Assembly: GCF_009914755.1 (NCBI RefSeq)
Contig: NC_060939.1
DNA: 64,000 bases
Direction: 5' to 3' (one strand)
From: the human T2T-CHM13v2.0 reference genome, Homo sapiens
In this document: positions 43,601 through 58,500 of the stretch, one piece after another
How the letters are laid out: every line of letters starts with the position of its first letter
How positions within the stretch are numbered: the first letter of the stretch is position 1
Notes under the pieces: generated by a model
The model's database searches: none
Seen by the model: only the letters and a program-made list of their open reading frames with translations
Told to the model about the DNA's origin: nothing
Made by a program: the position numbers and the translations under genes

Positions 43601-46600
43601 TCCATTCGTGTCCATTCCACTCCAGTCCATTCCATTCGTATCCATTCCATTCCAGTCCATTCCATTTGTGTCCACTGCATTCCATTCCACTCCATTCCAT
43701 ATTATTCCATTACACTCCATTCCATTCTATTACTTTCATTTCCATTCAATTCCATTCCATTTGATTCCATTCCACTCGGTTTCATTCCATTTGAGTCCAC
43801 TCCATTCCATTCCATTCCATTCAGTTCCATTCCATTCTGTTCCATTCCATTCCGTTCCGTTACATTCCATTCCATTCGGTACCATTCCATATTGTTCCAT
43901 TCGATTCCATTCGAATCCATTCCATTCCAGTCCATTCCATTCGATTCCATTCCATTCATTTCAATTCCATTCCATTCCATTCCATTCCATTCCACTTGAT
44001 TCCTCTCCATTCCCTTCCACTGCATTCCGTTCGATTCCATTCCATTGCATTGCATTCCATTCCATTGGATTGCATTCCATTCGATTCCATTCCATTCGAA
44101 TCAATTACATAGCAATCCATTACATTCGAGTCTATTCTCTTCCGTTCCATTCGATTTCGTTCCAATCCATTCGATTCCATTCCATTCGATTCCATTCCAT
44201 ACTATTGCATTCCATTCGATTACATTATATTCGAATAAGTTCCATTCAAGACCATTTCTTTTGAGTCCATTCTATTTGAGTCCATTCCCTTTGATTCCAT
44301 AACATTTGAGTCCATTCAATTCCATTCCTTTCGTTTCCATTCCATTTGATGCCATTCCATTCAATTCTGTTCTACTCGACTCCAATACATTCAATTCCAT
44401 TCCATCCGATTCCATTACATTCTTTTCATTTCTTATCCATTTCAAGCCATTCCACTCCATTCCATTCCACTCGTTTCCTTTCCATTCGAGTCCATTCCTC
44501 TCCAGTCCATTCCGTTCAATCCATTCCATTCCAGTCCATTCCATTCGAGTCCGTTCCATTCCAGTCCATTCCATTCGAGTCAATTCCATCCCATTCGATG
44601 TCTTTCCATAACGATCCATTCCATTCTATTCCTTTCGATTCCATTCCATTCTATTTCATTCCATTCGATTCCCTTCCATTGGACTCCTTTCCATTCGAGT
44701 GCATTCCATTCCGTTCCATTTCTTTCCGTTCTGTACGATTCCTACCGTTCGATTTCATTTTGTTCCAGTCCATTCTTTCGCGTCCATTCCATTCCATTTC
44801 ACTCCATTCGATTCCATTCCACTCGATTCCACTTCGTTCCATTTCATTGCATTCCATTCTATTCAACTCTATTGCCTTCCATTCCATTCCATTCGATTAC
44901 ATTCCATGCGATTCCATTCGAAATCGAATCAATTACATTGCAATCCATTACTATTGAGTCCGTTTTATTCCAGTCCACTGCATTCTGGTCCATTCCATTT
45001 GATTCCATTCCATTCTATTCCATTCCATAGAGTTGCATTCCATTGGATTCCATGCTATATCTATAAATTCAATTCGAGACCATTGCTTTTGAGTCCATTC
45101 TATATGATTCCATTCCATTCAAGTCCATTACATTTGGTTAAATTCCATTCCATTCGGTTCAATTCCATTCCATTCCATTCCCTTCCATTCCATTCCAGTT
45201 GATATCAATCCATTCGATTCCATTCCATTCGAGCACATTCCATTCGAGTCCATTCCATTCGATGCCATTCCATTTGATTCTATTCCATTAGTCTCCATTC
45301 AATTCCATTAATCTCCATTCCATTCCATTCTACTCCAACTGATTCCATTCCATTCTATTCCTTTCTATTCCATTTCATTCCATTCCATTCCATTCCATTC
45401 CATTCCATTCCATTCGTGTCCATTCCACTCCAGTCCATTCCATTCGTATCCATTCCATTCCAGTCCATTCCATTTGTGTCCACTGCATTCCATTCCACTC
45501 CATTCCATATTATTCCATTACACTCCATTCCATTCTATTACTTTCATTTCCATTCAATTCCATTCCATTTGATTCCATTCCACTCGGTTTCATTCCATTT
45601 GAGTCCACTCCATTCCATTCCATTCCATTCAGTTCCATTCGATTCTGTTCCATTCCATTCCGTTCCGTTACATTCCATTCCATTCGGTACCATTCCATAT
45701 TGTTCCATTCGATTCCATTCGAATCCATTCCATTCCAGTCCATTCCATTCGATTCCATTCCATTCATTTCAATTCCATTCCATTCCATTCCATTACATTC
45801 CACTTGATTCCTCTCCATTCCCTTCCACTGCATTCCGTTCGATTCCATTCCATTGCATTGCATTCCATTCCATTGGATTGCATTCCATTCGATTCCATTC
45901 CATTCGAATCAATTACATAGCAATCCATTACATTCGAGTCTATTCTCTTCCGTTCCATTCGATTTCGTTCCAATCCATTCGATTCCATTCCATTCGATTC
46001 CATTCCATACTATTGCATTCCATTCGATTACATTATATTCGAATAAGTTCCATTCAAGACCATTTCTTTTGAGTCCGTTCTATTTGAGTCCATTCCCTTT
46101 GATTCCATAACATTTGAGTCCATTCAATTCCATTCCTTTCGTTTCCATTCCATTTGATGCCATTCCATTCAATTCTGTTCTACTCGACTCCAATACATTC
46201 AATTCCATTCCATCCGATTCCATTACATTCTTTTCATTTCTTATCCATTTCAAGCCATTCCACTCCATTCCATTCCACTCGTTTCCTTTCCATTCGAGTC
46301 CATTCCTCTCCAGTCCATTCCGTTCAATCCATTCCATTCCAGTCCATTCCATTCGAGTCCGTTCCATTCCAGTCCATTCCATTCGAGTCAATTCCATCCC
46401 ATTCGATGTCTTTCCATAACGATCCATTCCATTCTATTCCTTTCGATTCCATTCCATTCTATTTCATTCCATTCGATTCCCTTCCATTGGACTCCTTTCC
46501 ATTCGAGTGCATTCCATTCCGTTCCATTTCTTTCCGTTCTGTACGATTCCTACCGTTCGATTTCATTTTGTTCCAGTCCATTCTTTCGCGTCCATTCCAT

Positions 46601-49600
46601 TCCATTTCACTCCATTCGATTCCATTCCACTCGATTCCACTTCGTTCCATTTCATTGCATTCCATTCTATTCAACTCTATTGCCTTCCATTCCATTCCAT
46701 TCGATTACATTCCATGCGATTCCATTCGAAATCGAATCAATTACATTGCAATCCATTACTATTGAGTCCGTTTTATTCCAGTCCACTGCATTCTGGTCCA
46801 TTCCATTTGATTCCATTCCATTCTATTCCATTCCATACAGTTGCATTCCATTGGATTCCATGCTATATCTATAAATTCAATTCGAGACCATTGCTTTTGA
46901 GTCCATTCTATATGATTCCATTCCATTCAAGTCCATTACATTTGGTTAAATTCCATTCCATTCGGTTCAATTCCATTCCATTCCATTCCCTTCCATTCCA
47001 TTCCAGTTGATATCAATCCATTCGATTCCATTCCATTCGAGCACATTCCATTCGAGTCCATTCCATTCGATGCCATTCCATTTGATTCTATTCCATTAGT
47101 CTCCATTCAATTCCATTAATCTCCATTCCATTCCATTCTACTCCAACTGATTCCATTCCATTCTATTCCTTTCCATTCCATTTCATTCCATTCCATTCCA
47201 TTCCATTCCATTCCATTCGTGTCCATTCCACTCCAGTCCATTCCATTCGTATCCATTCCATTCCAGTCCATTCCATTTGTGTCCACTGCATTCCATTCCA
47301 CTCCATTCCATATTATTCCATTACACTCCATTCCATTCTATTACTTTCATTTCCATTCAATTCCATTCCATTTGATTCCATTCCACTCGGTTTCATTCCA
47401 TTTGAGTCCACTCCATTCCATTCCATTCCATTCAGTTCCATTCGATTCTGTTCCATTCCATTCCGTTCCGTTACATTCCATTCCATTCGGTACCATTCCA
47501 TATTGTTCCATTCGATTCCATTCGAATCCATTCCATTCCAGTCCATTCCATTCGATTCCATTCCATTCATTTCAATTCCATTCCATTCCATTCCATTACA
47601 TTCCACTTGATTCCTCTCCATTCCCTTCCACTGCATTCCGTTCGATTCCATTCCATTGCATTGCATTCCATTCCATTGGATTGCATTCCATTCGATTCCA
47701 TTCCATTCGAATCAATTACATAGCAATCCATTACATTCGAGTCTATTCTCTTCCGTTCCATTCGATTTCGTTCCAATCCATTCGATTCCATTCCATTCGA
47801 TTCCATTCCATACTATTGCATTCCATTCGATTACATTATATTCGAATAAGTTCCATTCAAGACCATTTCTTTTGAGTCCGTTCTATTTGAGTCCATTCCC
47901 TTTGATTCCATAACATTTGAGTCCATTCAATTCCATTCCTTTCGTTTCCATTCCATTTGATGCCATTCCATTCAATTCTGTTCTACTCGACTCCAATACA
48001 TTCAATTCCATTCCGTCCGATTCCATTACATTCTTTTCATTTCTTATCCATTTCAAGCCATTCCACTCCATTCCATTCCACTCGTTTCCTTTCCATTCGA
48101 GTCCATTCCTCTCCAGTCCATTCCGTTCAATCCATTCCATTCCAGTCCATTCCATTCGAGTCCGTTCCATTCCAGTCCATTCCATTCGAGTCAATTCCAT
48201 TCCATTCGATGTCTTTCCATAACGATCCATTCCATTCTATTCCTTTCGATTCCATTCCATTCTATTTCATTCCATTCGATTCCCTTCCATTGGACTCCTT
48301 TCCATTCGAGTGCATTCCATTCCGTTCCATTTCTTTCCGTTCTGTACGATTCCTACCGTTCGATTTCATTTTGTTCCAGTCCATTCTTTCGCGTCCATTC
48401 CATTCCATTTCACTCCATTCGATTCCATTCCACTCGATTCCACTTCGTTCCATTTCATTGCATTCCATTCTATTCAACTCTATTGCCTTCCATTCCATTC
48501 CATTCGATTACATTCCATGCGATTCCATTCGAAATCGAATCAATTACATTGCAATCCATTACTATTGAGTCCGTTTTATTCCAGTCCACTGCATTCTGGT
48601 CCATTCCATTTGATTCCATTCCATTCTATTCCATTCCATACAGTTGCATTCCATTGGATTCCATGCTATATCTATAAATTCAATTCGAGACCATTGCTTT
48701 TGAGTCCATTCTATATGATTCCATTCCATTCAAGTCCATTACATTTGGTTAAATTCCATTCCATTCGGTTCAATTCCATTCCATTCCATTCCCTTCCATT
48801 CCATTCCAGTTGATATCAATCCATTCGATTCCATTCCATTCGAGCACATTCCATTCGAGTCCATTCCATTCGATGCCATTCCATTTGATTCTATTCCATT
48901 AGTCTCCATTCAATTCCATTAATCTCCATTCCATTCCATTCTACTCCAACTGATTCCATTCCATTCTATTCCTTTCCATTCCATTTCATTCCATTCCATT
49001 CCATTCCATTCCATTCCATTCGTGTCCATTCCACTCCAGTCCATTCCATTCGTATCCATTCCATTCCAGTCCATTCCATTTGTGTCCACTGCATTCCATT
49101 CCACTCCATTCCATATTATTCCATTACACTCCATTCCATTCTATTACTTTCATTTCCATTGAATTCCATTCCATTTGATTCCATTCCACTCGGTTTCATT
49201 CCATTTGAGTCCACTCCATTCCATTCCATTCCATTCAGTTCCATTCCATTCTGTTCCATTCCATTCCGTTCCGTTACATTCCATTCCATTCGGTACCATT
49301 CCATATTGTTCCATTCGATTCCATTCGAATCCATTCCATTCCAGTCCATTCCATTCGATTCCATTCCATTCATTTCAATTCCATTCCATTCCATTCCATT
49401 ACATTCCACTTGATTCCTCTCCATTCCCTTCCACTGCATTCCGTTCGATTCCATTCCATTGCATTGCATTCCATTCCATTGGATTGCATTCCATTCGATT
49501 CCATTCCATTCGAATCAATTACATAGCAATCCATTACATTCGAGTCTATTCTCTTCCGTTCCATTCGATTTCGTTCCAATCCATTCGATTCCATTCCATT

Positions 49601-52599
49601 CGATTCCATTCCATACTATTGCATTCCATTCGATTACATTGTATTCGAATAAGTTCCATTCAAGACCATTTCTTTTGAGTCCATTCTATTTGAGTCCATT
49701 CCCTTTGATTCCATAACATTTGAGTCCATTCAATTCCATTCCTTTCGTTTCCATTCCATTTGATGCCATTCCATTCAATTCTGTTCTACTCGACTCCAAT
49801 ACATTCAATTCCATTCCATCCGATTCCATTACATTCTTTTCATTTCTTATCCATTTCAAGCCATTCCACTCCATTCCATTCCACTCGTTTCCTTTCCATT
49901 CGAGTCCATTCCTCTCCAGTCCATTCCGTTCAATCCATTCCATTCCAGTCCATTCCATTCGAGTCCGTTCCATTCCAGTCCATTCCATTCGAGTCAATTC
50001 CATTCCATTCGATGTCTTTCCATAACGATCCATTCCATTCTATTCCTTTCGATTCCATTCCATTCTATTTCATTTCATTCGATTCCCTTCCATTGGACTC
50101 CTTTCCATTCGAGTGCATTCCATTCCGTTCCATTTCTTTCCGTTCTGTACGATTCCTACCGTTCGATTTCATTTTGTTCCAGTCCATTCTTACGCGTCCA
50201 TTCCATTCCATTTCACTCCATTCGATTCCATTCCACTCGATTCCACTTCGTTCCATTTCATTGCATTCCATTCTATTCAACTCTATTGCCTTCCATTCCA
50301 TTCCATTCGATTACATTCCATGCGATTCCATTCGAAATCGAATCAATTACATTGCAATCCATTACTATTGAGTCCGTTTTATTCCAGTCCACTGCATTCT
50401 GGTCCATTCCATTTGATTCCATTCCATTCTATTCCATTCCATACAGTTGCATTCCATTGGATTCCATGCTATATCTATAAATTCAATTCGAGACCATTGC
50501 TTTTGAGTCCATTCTATATGATTCCATTCCATTCAAGTCCATTACATTTGGTTAAATTCCATTCCATTCGGTTCAATTCCATTCCATTCCATTCCCTTCC
50601 ATTCCATTCCAGTTGATATCAATCCATTCGATTCCATTCCATTCGAGCACATTCCATTCGAGTCCATTCCATTCGATGCCATTCCATTTGATTCTATTCC
50701 ATTAGTCTCCATTCAATTCCATTAATCTCCATTCCATTCCATTCTACTCCAACTGATTCCATTCCATTCTATTCCTTTTTATTCCATTTCATTCCATTCC
50801 ATTCCATTCCATTCGTGTCCATTCCACTCCAGTCCATTCCATTCGTATCCATTCCATTCCAGTCCATTCCATTTGTGTCCACTGCATTCCATTCCACTCC
50901 ATTCCATATTATTCCATTACACTCCATTCCATTCTATTACTTTCATTTCCATTCAATTCCATTCCATTTGATTCCATTCCACTCGGTTTCATTCCATTTG
51001 AGTCCACTCCATTCCATTCCATTCCATTCAGTTCCATTCCATTCTGTTCCATTCCATTCCGTTCCATTACATTCCATTCCATTCGGTACCATTCCATATT
51101 GTTCCATTCGATTCCATTCGAATCCATTCCATTCCAGTCCATTCCATTCGATTCCATTCCATTCATTTCAATTCCATTCCATTCCATTCCATTACATTCC
51201 ACTTGATTCCTCTCCATTCCCTTCCACTGCATTCCGTTCGATTCCATTCCATTGCATTGCATTCCATTCCATTGGATTGCATTCCATTCGATTCCATTCC
51301 ATTCGAATCAATTACATAGCAATCCATTACATTCGAGTCTATTCTCTTCCGTTCCATTCGATTTCGTTCCAATCCATTCGATTCCATTCCATTCGATTCC
51401 ATTCCATACTATTGCATTCCATTCGATTACATTATATTCGAATAAGTTCCATTCAAGACCATTTCTTTTGAGTCCATTCTATTTGAGTCCATTCCCTTTG
51501 ATTCCATAACATTTGAGTCCATTCAATTCCATTCCTTTCGTTTCCATTCCATTTGATGCCATTCCATTCAATTCTGTTCTACTCGACTCCAATACATTCA
51601 ATTCCATTCCATCCGATTCCATTACATTCTTTTCATTTCTTATCCATTTCAAGCCATTCCACTCCATTCCATTCCACTCGTTTCCGTTCCATTCGAGTCC
51701 ATTCCTCTCCAGTCCATTCCGTTCAATCCATTCCATTCCAGTCCATTCCATTCGAGTCCGTTCCATTCCAGTCCATTCCATTCGAGTCAATTCCATTCCA
51801 TTCGATGTCTTTCCATAACGATCCATTCCATTCTATTCCTTTCGATTCCATTCCATTCTATTTCATTCCATTCGATTCCCTTCCATTGGACTCCTTTCCA
51901 TTCGAGTGCATTCCATTCCGTTCCATTTCTTTCCGTTCTGTACGATTCCTACCGTTCGATTTCATTTTGTTCCAGTCCATTCCTTTCGCGTCCATTCCAT
52001 TCCATTTCACTCCATTCGATTCCATTCCACTCGATTCCACTTCGTTCCATTTCATTGCATTCCATTCTATTCAACTCTATTGCCTTCCATTCCATTCCAT
52101 TCGATTACATTCCATGCGATTCCATTCGAAATCGAATCAATTACATTGCAAACCATTACTATTGAGTCCGTTTTATTCCAGTCCACTGCATTCTGGTCCA
52201 TTCCATTTGATTCCATTCCATTCTTTTCCATTCCATACAGTTGCATTCCATTGGATTCCATGCTATATCTATAAATTCAATTCGAGACCATTGCTTTTGA
52301 GTCCATTCTATATGATTCCATTCCATTCAAGTCCATTACATTTGGTTCAATTCCATTCCATTCCATTCCCTTTCATTCCATTCCATTTGATATCAATCCA
52401 TTCGATTCCATTCCATTCGAGCACATTCCATTCGAGTCCATTCCATTCGATGCCATTCCATTTGATTCTATTCCATTAGTCTCCATTCAATTCCATTAAT
52501 CTCCATTCCATTCCATTCTACTCCAACTGATTCCATTCCATTCTATTCCTTTCCATTCCATTTCATTCCATTCCATTCCATTCCATTCCATTCCATTCC

Positions 52600-55500
52600 A
52601 TTCGTGTCCATTCCACTCCAGTCCATTCCATTCGTGTCCATTCCATTCCAGTCCATTCCATTTGTGTCCACTGCATTCCATTCCACTCCATTCCATATTA
52701 TTCCATTACACTCCATTCCATTCTATTACTTTCATTTCCATTCAATTCCATTCCATTTGATTCCATTCCACTCGGTTTCATTCCATTTGAGTCCACTCCA
52801 TTCCATTCCATTCCATTCCATTCAGTTCCATTCCATTCCGTTCCATTACATTCCATTCCATTCGGTACCATTCCATATTGTTCCATTCGATTCCATTCGA
52901 ATCCATTCCATTCCAGTCCATTCCATTCGATTCCATTCCATTCATTTCAATTCCATTCCATTCCATTCCATTACATTCCACTTGATTCCTCTCCATTCCC
53001 TTCCACTGCATTCCGTTCGATTCCATTCCATTGCATTGCATTCCATTCCATTGGATTGCATTCCATTCGATTCCATTCCATTCGAATCAATTACATAGCA
53101 ATCCATTACATTCGAGTCTATTCTATTCCGTTCCATTCGATTTCGTTCCAATCCATTCGAGTCCATTCCATTCGATTCCATTCCATACTATTGCATTCCA
53201 TTCTATTACATTATATTCGAATAAGTTCCATTCAAGACCATTTCTTTTGAGTCCATTCTATTTGAGTCCATTCCCTTTGATTCCATAACATTTGAGTCCA
53301 TTCAATTCCATTCCTTTCGTTTCCATTCCATTTGATGCCATTCCATTCAATTCTGTTCTACTCGACTCCAATACATTCAATTCCATTCCATCCGATTCCA
53401 TTACATTCTTTTCATTTCTTATCCATTTCAAGCCATTCCACTCCATTCCATTCCACTCGTTTCCTTTCCATTCGAGTCCATTCCTCTCCAGTCCATTCCA
53501 TTCAATCCATTCCATTCCAGTCCATTCCATTCGAGTCCGTTCCATTCCAGTCCATTCCATTCGAGTCAATTCCATTCCATTCGATGTCTTTCCATAACGA
53601 TCCATTCCATTCTATTCCTTTCGATTCCATTCCATTCTATTTCATTCCATTCGATTCCCTTCCATTGGACTCCTTTCCATTCGAGTGCATTCCATTCCGT
53701 TCCATTTCTTTCCGTTCTGTACGATTCCTACAGTTCGATTTCATTTTCTCCCAGTCCATTCTTTCGCGTCCATTCCATTCCATTTCACTCCATTCGATTC
53801 CATTCCACTCGATTCCACTTCGTTCCATTTCATTGCATTCCATTCTATTCAACTCTATTGCCTTCCATTCCATTCCATTCGATTACATTCCATGCGATTC
53901 CATTCGAAATCGAATCAATTACATTGCAATCCATTACTATTGAGTCCGTTTTATTCCAGTCCACTGCATTCTGGTCCATTCCATTTGATTCCATTCCATT
54001 CTATTCCATTCCATACAGTTGCATTCCATTGGATTCCATGCTATATCTATAAATTCAATTCGAGACCATTGCTTTTGAGTCCATTCTATATGATTCCATT
54101 CCATTCAAGTCCATTACATTTGGTTCAATTCCATTCCATTCGGTTCAATTCCATTCCATTCCATTCCCTTCCATTCCATTCCAGTTGATATCAATCCATT
54201 CGATTCCATTCCATTCGAGCACATTCCATTCGAGTCCATTCCATTCGATGCCATTCCATTTGATTCTATTCCATTAGTCTCCATTCAATTCCATTAATCT
54301 CCATTCCATTCCATTCTACTCCAACTGATTCCATTCCATTCTATTCCTTTCCATTCCATTTCATTCCATTCCATTCCATTCCATTCCATTCCATTCCATT
54401 CGTGTCCATTCCACTCCAGTCCATTCCATTCGTATCCATTCCATTCCAGTCCATTCCATTTGTGTCCACTGCATTCCATTCCACTCCATTCCATATTATT
54501 CCATTACACTCCATTCCATTCTATTACTTTCATTTCCATTCAATTCCATTCCATTTGATTCCATTCCACTCGGTTTCATTCCATTTGAGTCCACTCCATT
54601 CCATTCCATTCCATTCAGTTCCATTCCATTCTGTTCCATTCCATTCCGTTCCATTACATTCCATTCCATTCGGTACCATTCCATATTGTTCCATTCGATT
54701 CCATTCGAATCCATTCCATTCCAGTCCATTCCATTCGATTCCATTCCATTCATTTCAATTCCATTCCATTCCATTCCATTACATTCCACTTGATTCCTCT
54801 CCATTCCCTTCCACTGCATTCCGTTCGATTCCATTCCATTGCATTGCATTCCATTCCATTGGATTGCATTCCATTCGATTCCATTCCATTCGAATCAATT
54901 ACATAGCAATCCATTACATTCGAGTCTATTCTCTTCCGTTCCATTCGATTTCGTTCCAATCCATTCGATTCCATTCCATTCGATTCCATTCCATACTATT
55001 GCATTCCATTCGATTACATTATATTCGAATAAGTTCCATTCAAGACCATTTCTTTTGAGTCCATTCTATTTGAGTCCATTCCCTTTGATTCCATAACATT
55101 TGAGTCCATTCAATTCCATTCCTTTCGTTTCCTTTCCATTTGATGCCATTCCATTCAATTCTGTTCTACTCGACTCCAATACATTCAATTCCATTCCATC
55201 CGATTCCATTACATTCTTTTCATTTCTTATCCATTTCAAGCCATTCCACTCCATTCCATTCCACTCGTTTCCTTTCCATTCGAGTCCATTCCTCTCCAGT
55301 CCATTCCGTTCAATCCATTCCATTCCAGTCCATTCCATTCGAGTCCGTTCCATTCCAGTCCATTCCATTCGAGTCAATTCCATTCCATTCGATGTCTTTC
55401 CATAACGATCCATTCCATTCTATTCCTTTCGATTCCATTCCATTCTATTTCATTCCATTCGATTCCCTTCCATTGGACTCCTTTCCATTCGAGTGCATTC

Positions 55501-58500
55501 CATTCCGTTCCATTTCTTTCCGTTCTGTACGATTCCTACCGTTCGATTTCATTTTGTTCCAGTCCATTCTTTCGCGTCCATTCCATTCCATTTCACTCCA
55601 TTCGATTCCATTCCACTCGATTCCACTTCGTTCCATTTCATTGCATTCCATTCTATTCAACTCTATTGCCTTCCATTCCATTCCATTCGATTACATTCCA
55701 TGCGATTCCATTCGAAATCGAATCAATTACATTGCAATCCATTACTATTGAGTCCGTTTTATTCCAGTCCACTGCATTCTGGTCCATTCCATTTGATTCC
55801 ATTCCATTCTATTCCATTCCATACAGTTGCATTCCATTGGATTCCATGCTATATCTATAAATTCAATTCGAGACCATTGCTTTTGAGTCCATTCTATATG
55901 ATTCCATTCCATTCAAGTCCATTACATTTGGTTAAATTCCATTCCATTCGGTTCAATTCCATTCCATTCCATTCCCTTCCATTCCATTCCAGTTGATATC
56001 AATCCATTCGATTCCATTCCATTCGAGCACATTCCATTCGAGTCCATTCCATTCGATGCCATTCCATTTGATTCTATTCCATTAGTCTCCATTCAATTCC
56101 ATTAATCTCCATTCCATTCCATTCTACTCCAACTGATTCCATTCCATTCTATTCCTTTCCATTCCATTTCATTCCATTCCATTCCATTCCATTCCATTCC
56201 ATTCCATTCGTGTCCATTCCACTCCAGTCCATTCCATTCGTATCCATTCCATTCCAGTCCATTCCATTTGTGTCCACTGCATTCCATTCCACTCCATTCC
56301 ATATTATTCCATTACACTCCATTCCATTCTATTACTTTCATTTCCATTCAATTCCATTCCATTTGAATCCATTCCACTCGGTTTCATTCCATTTGAGTCC
56401 ACTCCATTCCATTCCATTCCATTCAGTTCCATTCCATTCTGTTCCATTCCATTCCGTTCCATTACATTCCATTCCATTCGGTACCATTCCATATTGTTCC
56501 ATTCGATTCCATTCGAATCCATTCCATTCCAGTCCATTCCATTCGATTCCATTCCATTAATTTCAATTCCATTCCATTCATTTCAATTCCATTCCATTCC
56601 ATTCCATTACATTCCACTTGATTCCTCTCCATTCCCTTCCACTGCATTCCGTTCGATTCCATTCCATTGCATTGCATTCCATTCCATTGGATTGCATTCC
56701 ATTCGATTCCATTCCATTCGAATCAATTACATAGCAATCCATTACATTCGAGTCTATTCTCTTCCGTTCCATTCGATTTCGTTCCAATCCATTCGATTCC
56801 ATTCCATTCGATTCCATTCCATACTATTGCATTCCATTCGATTACATTATATTCGAATAAGTTCCATTCAAGACCATTTCTTTTGAGTCCATTCTATTTG
56901 AGTCCATTCCCTTTGATTCCATAACATTTGAGCCCATTCAATTCCATTCCTTTCGTTTCCATTCCATTTGATGCCATTCCATTCAATTCTGTTCTACTCG
57001 ACTCCAATACATTCAATTCCATTCCATCCGATTCCATTACATTCTTTCCATTTCTTATCCATTTCAAGCCATTCCACTCCATTCCATTCCACTCGTTTCC
57101 TTTCCATTCGAGTCCATTCCTCTCCAGTCCATTCCGTTCAATCCATTCCATTCCAGTCCATTCCATTCGAGTCCGTTCCATTCCAGTCCATTCCATTCGA
57201 GTCAATTCCATTCCATTCGATGTCTTTCCATAACGATCCATTCCATTCTATTCCTTTCGACTCCATTCTATTCTATTTCATTCCATTCGATTCCCTTCCA
57301 TTGGACTCCTTTCCATTCGAGTGCATTCCATTCCGTTCCATTTCTTTCCGTTCTGTACGATTCCTACCGTTCGATTTCATTTTGTTCCAGTCCATTCTTT
57401 CGCGTCCATTCCATTCCATTTCACTCCATTCGATTCCATTCCACTCGATTCCACTTCGTTCCATTTCATTGCATTCCATTCTATTCAACTCTATTGCCTT
57501 CCATTCCATTCCATTCGATTACATTCCATGCGATTCCATTCGAAATCGAATCAATTACATTGCAATCCATTACTATTGAGTCCGTTTTATTCCAGTCCAC
57601 TGCATTCTGGTCCATTCCATTTGATTCCATTCCATTCTATTCCATTCCATACAGTTGCATTCCATTGGATTCCATGCTATATCTATAAATTCAATTCGAG
57701 ACCATTGCTTTTGAGTCCATTCTATATGATTCCATTCCATTCAAGTCCATTACATTTGGTTAAATTCCATTCCATTCGGTTCAATTCCATTCCATTCCAT
57801 TCCCTTCCATTCCATTCCAGTTGATATCAATCCATTCGATTTCATTCCATTCGAGCACATTCCATTCGAGTCCATTCCATTCGATGCCATTCCATTTGAT
57901 TCTATTCCATTAGTCTCCATTCAATTCCATTAATCTCCATTCCATTCCATTCTACTCCAACTGATTCCATTCCATTCTATTCCTTTCCATTCCATTTCAT
58001 TCCATTCCATTCCAATCCATTCCATTCCATTCCATTCGTGTCCATTCCACTCCAGTCCATTCCATTCGTATCCATTCCATTCCAGTCCATTCCATTTGTG
58101 TCCACTGCATTCCATTCCACTCCATTCCATATTATTCCATTACACTCCATTCCATTCTATTACTTTCATTTCCATTCAATTCCATTCCATTTGATTCCAT
58201 TCCACTCGGTTTCATTCCATTTGAGTCCACTCCATTCCATTCCATTCCATTCCATTCAGTTCCATTCCATTCCGTTCCATTACATTCCATTCCATTCGGT
58301 ACCATTCCATATTGTTCCATTCGATTCCATTCGAATCCATTCCATTCCAGTCCATTCCATTCGATTCCATTCCTTTCATTTCAATTCCATTCCATTCCAT
58401 TCCATTACATTCCACTTGATTCCTCTCCATTCCCTTCCACTGCATTCCGTTCGATTCCATTCCATTGCATTGCATTCCATTCCATTGGATTGCATTCCAT

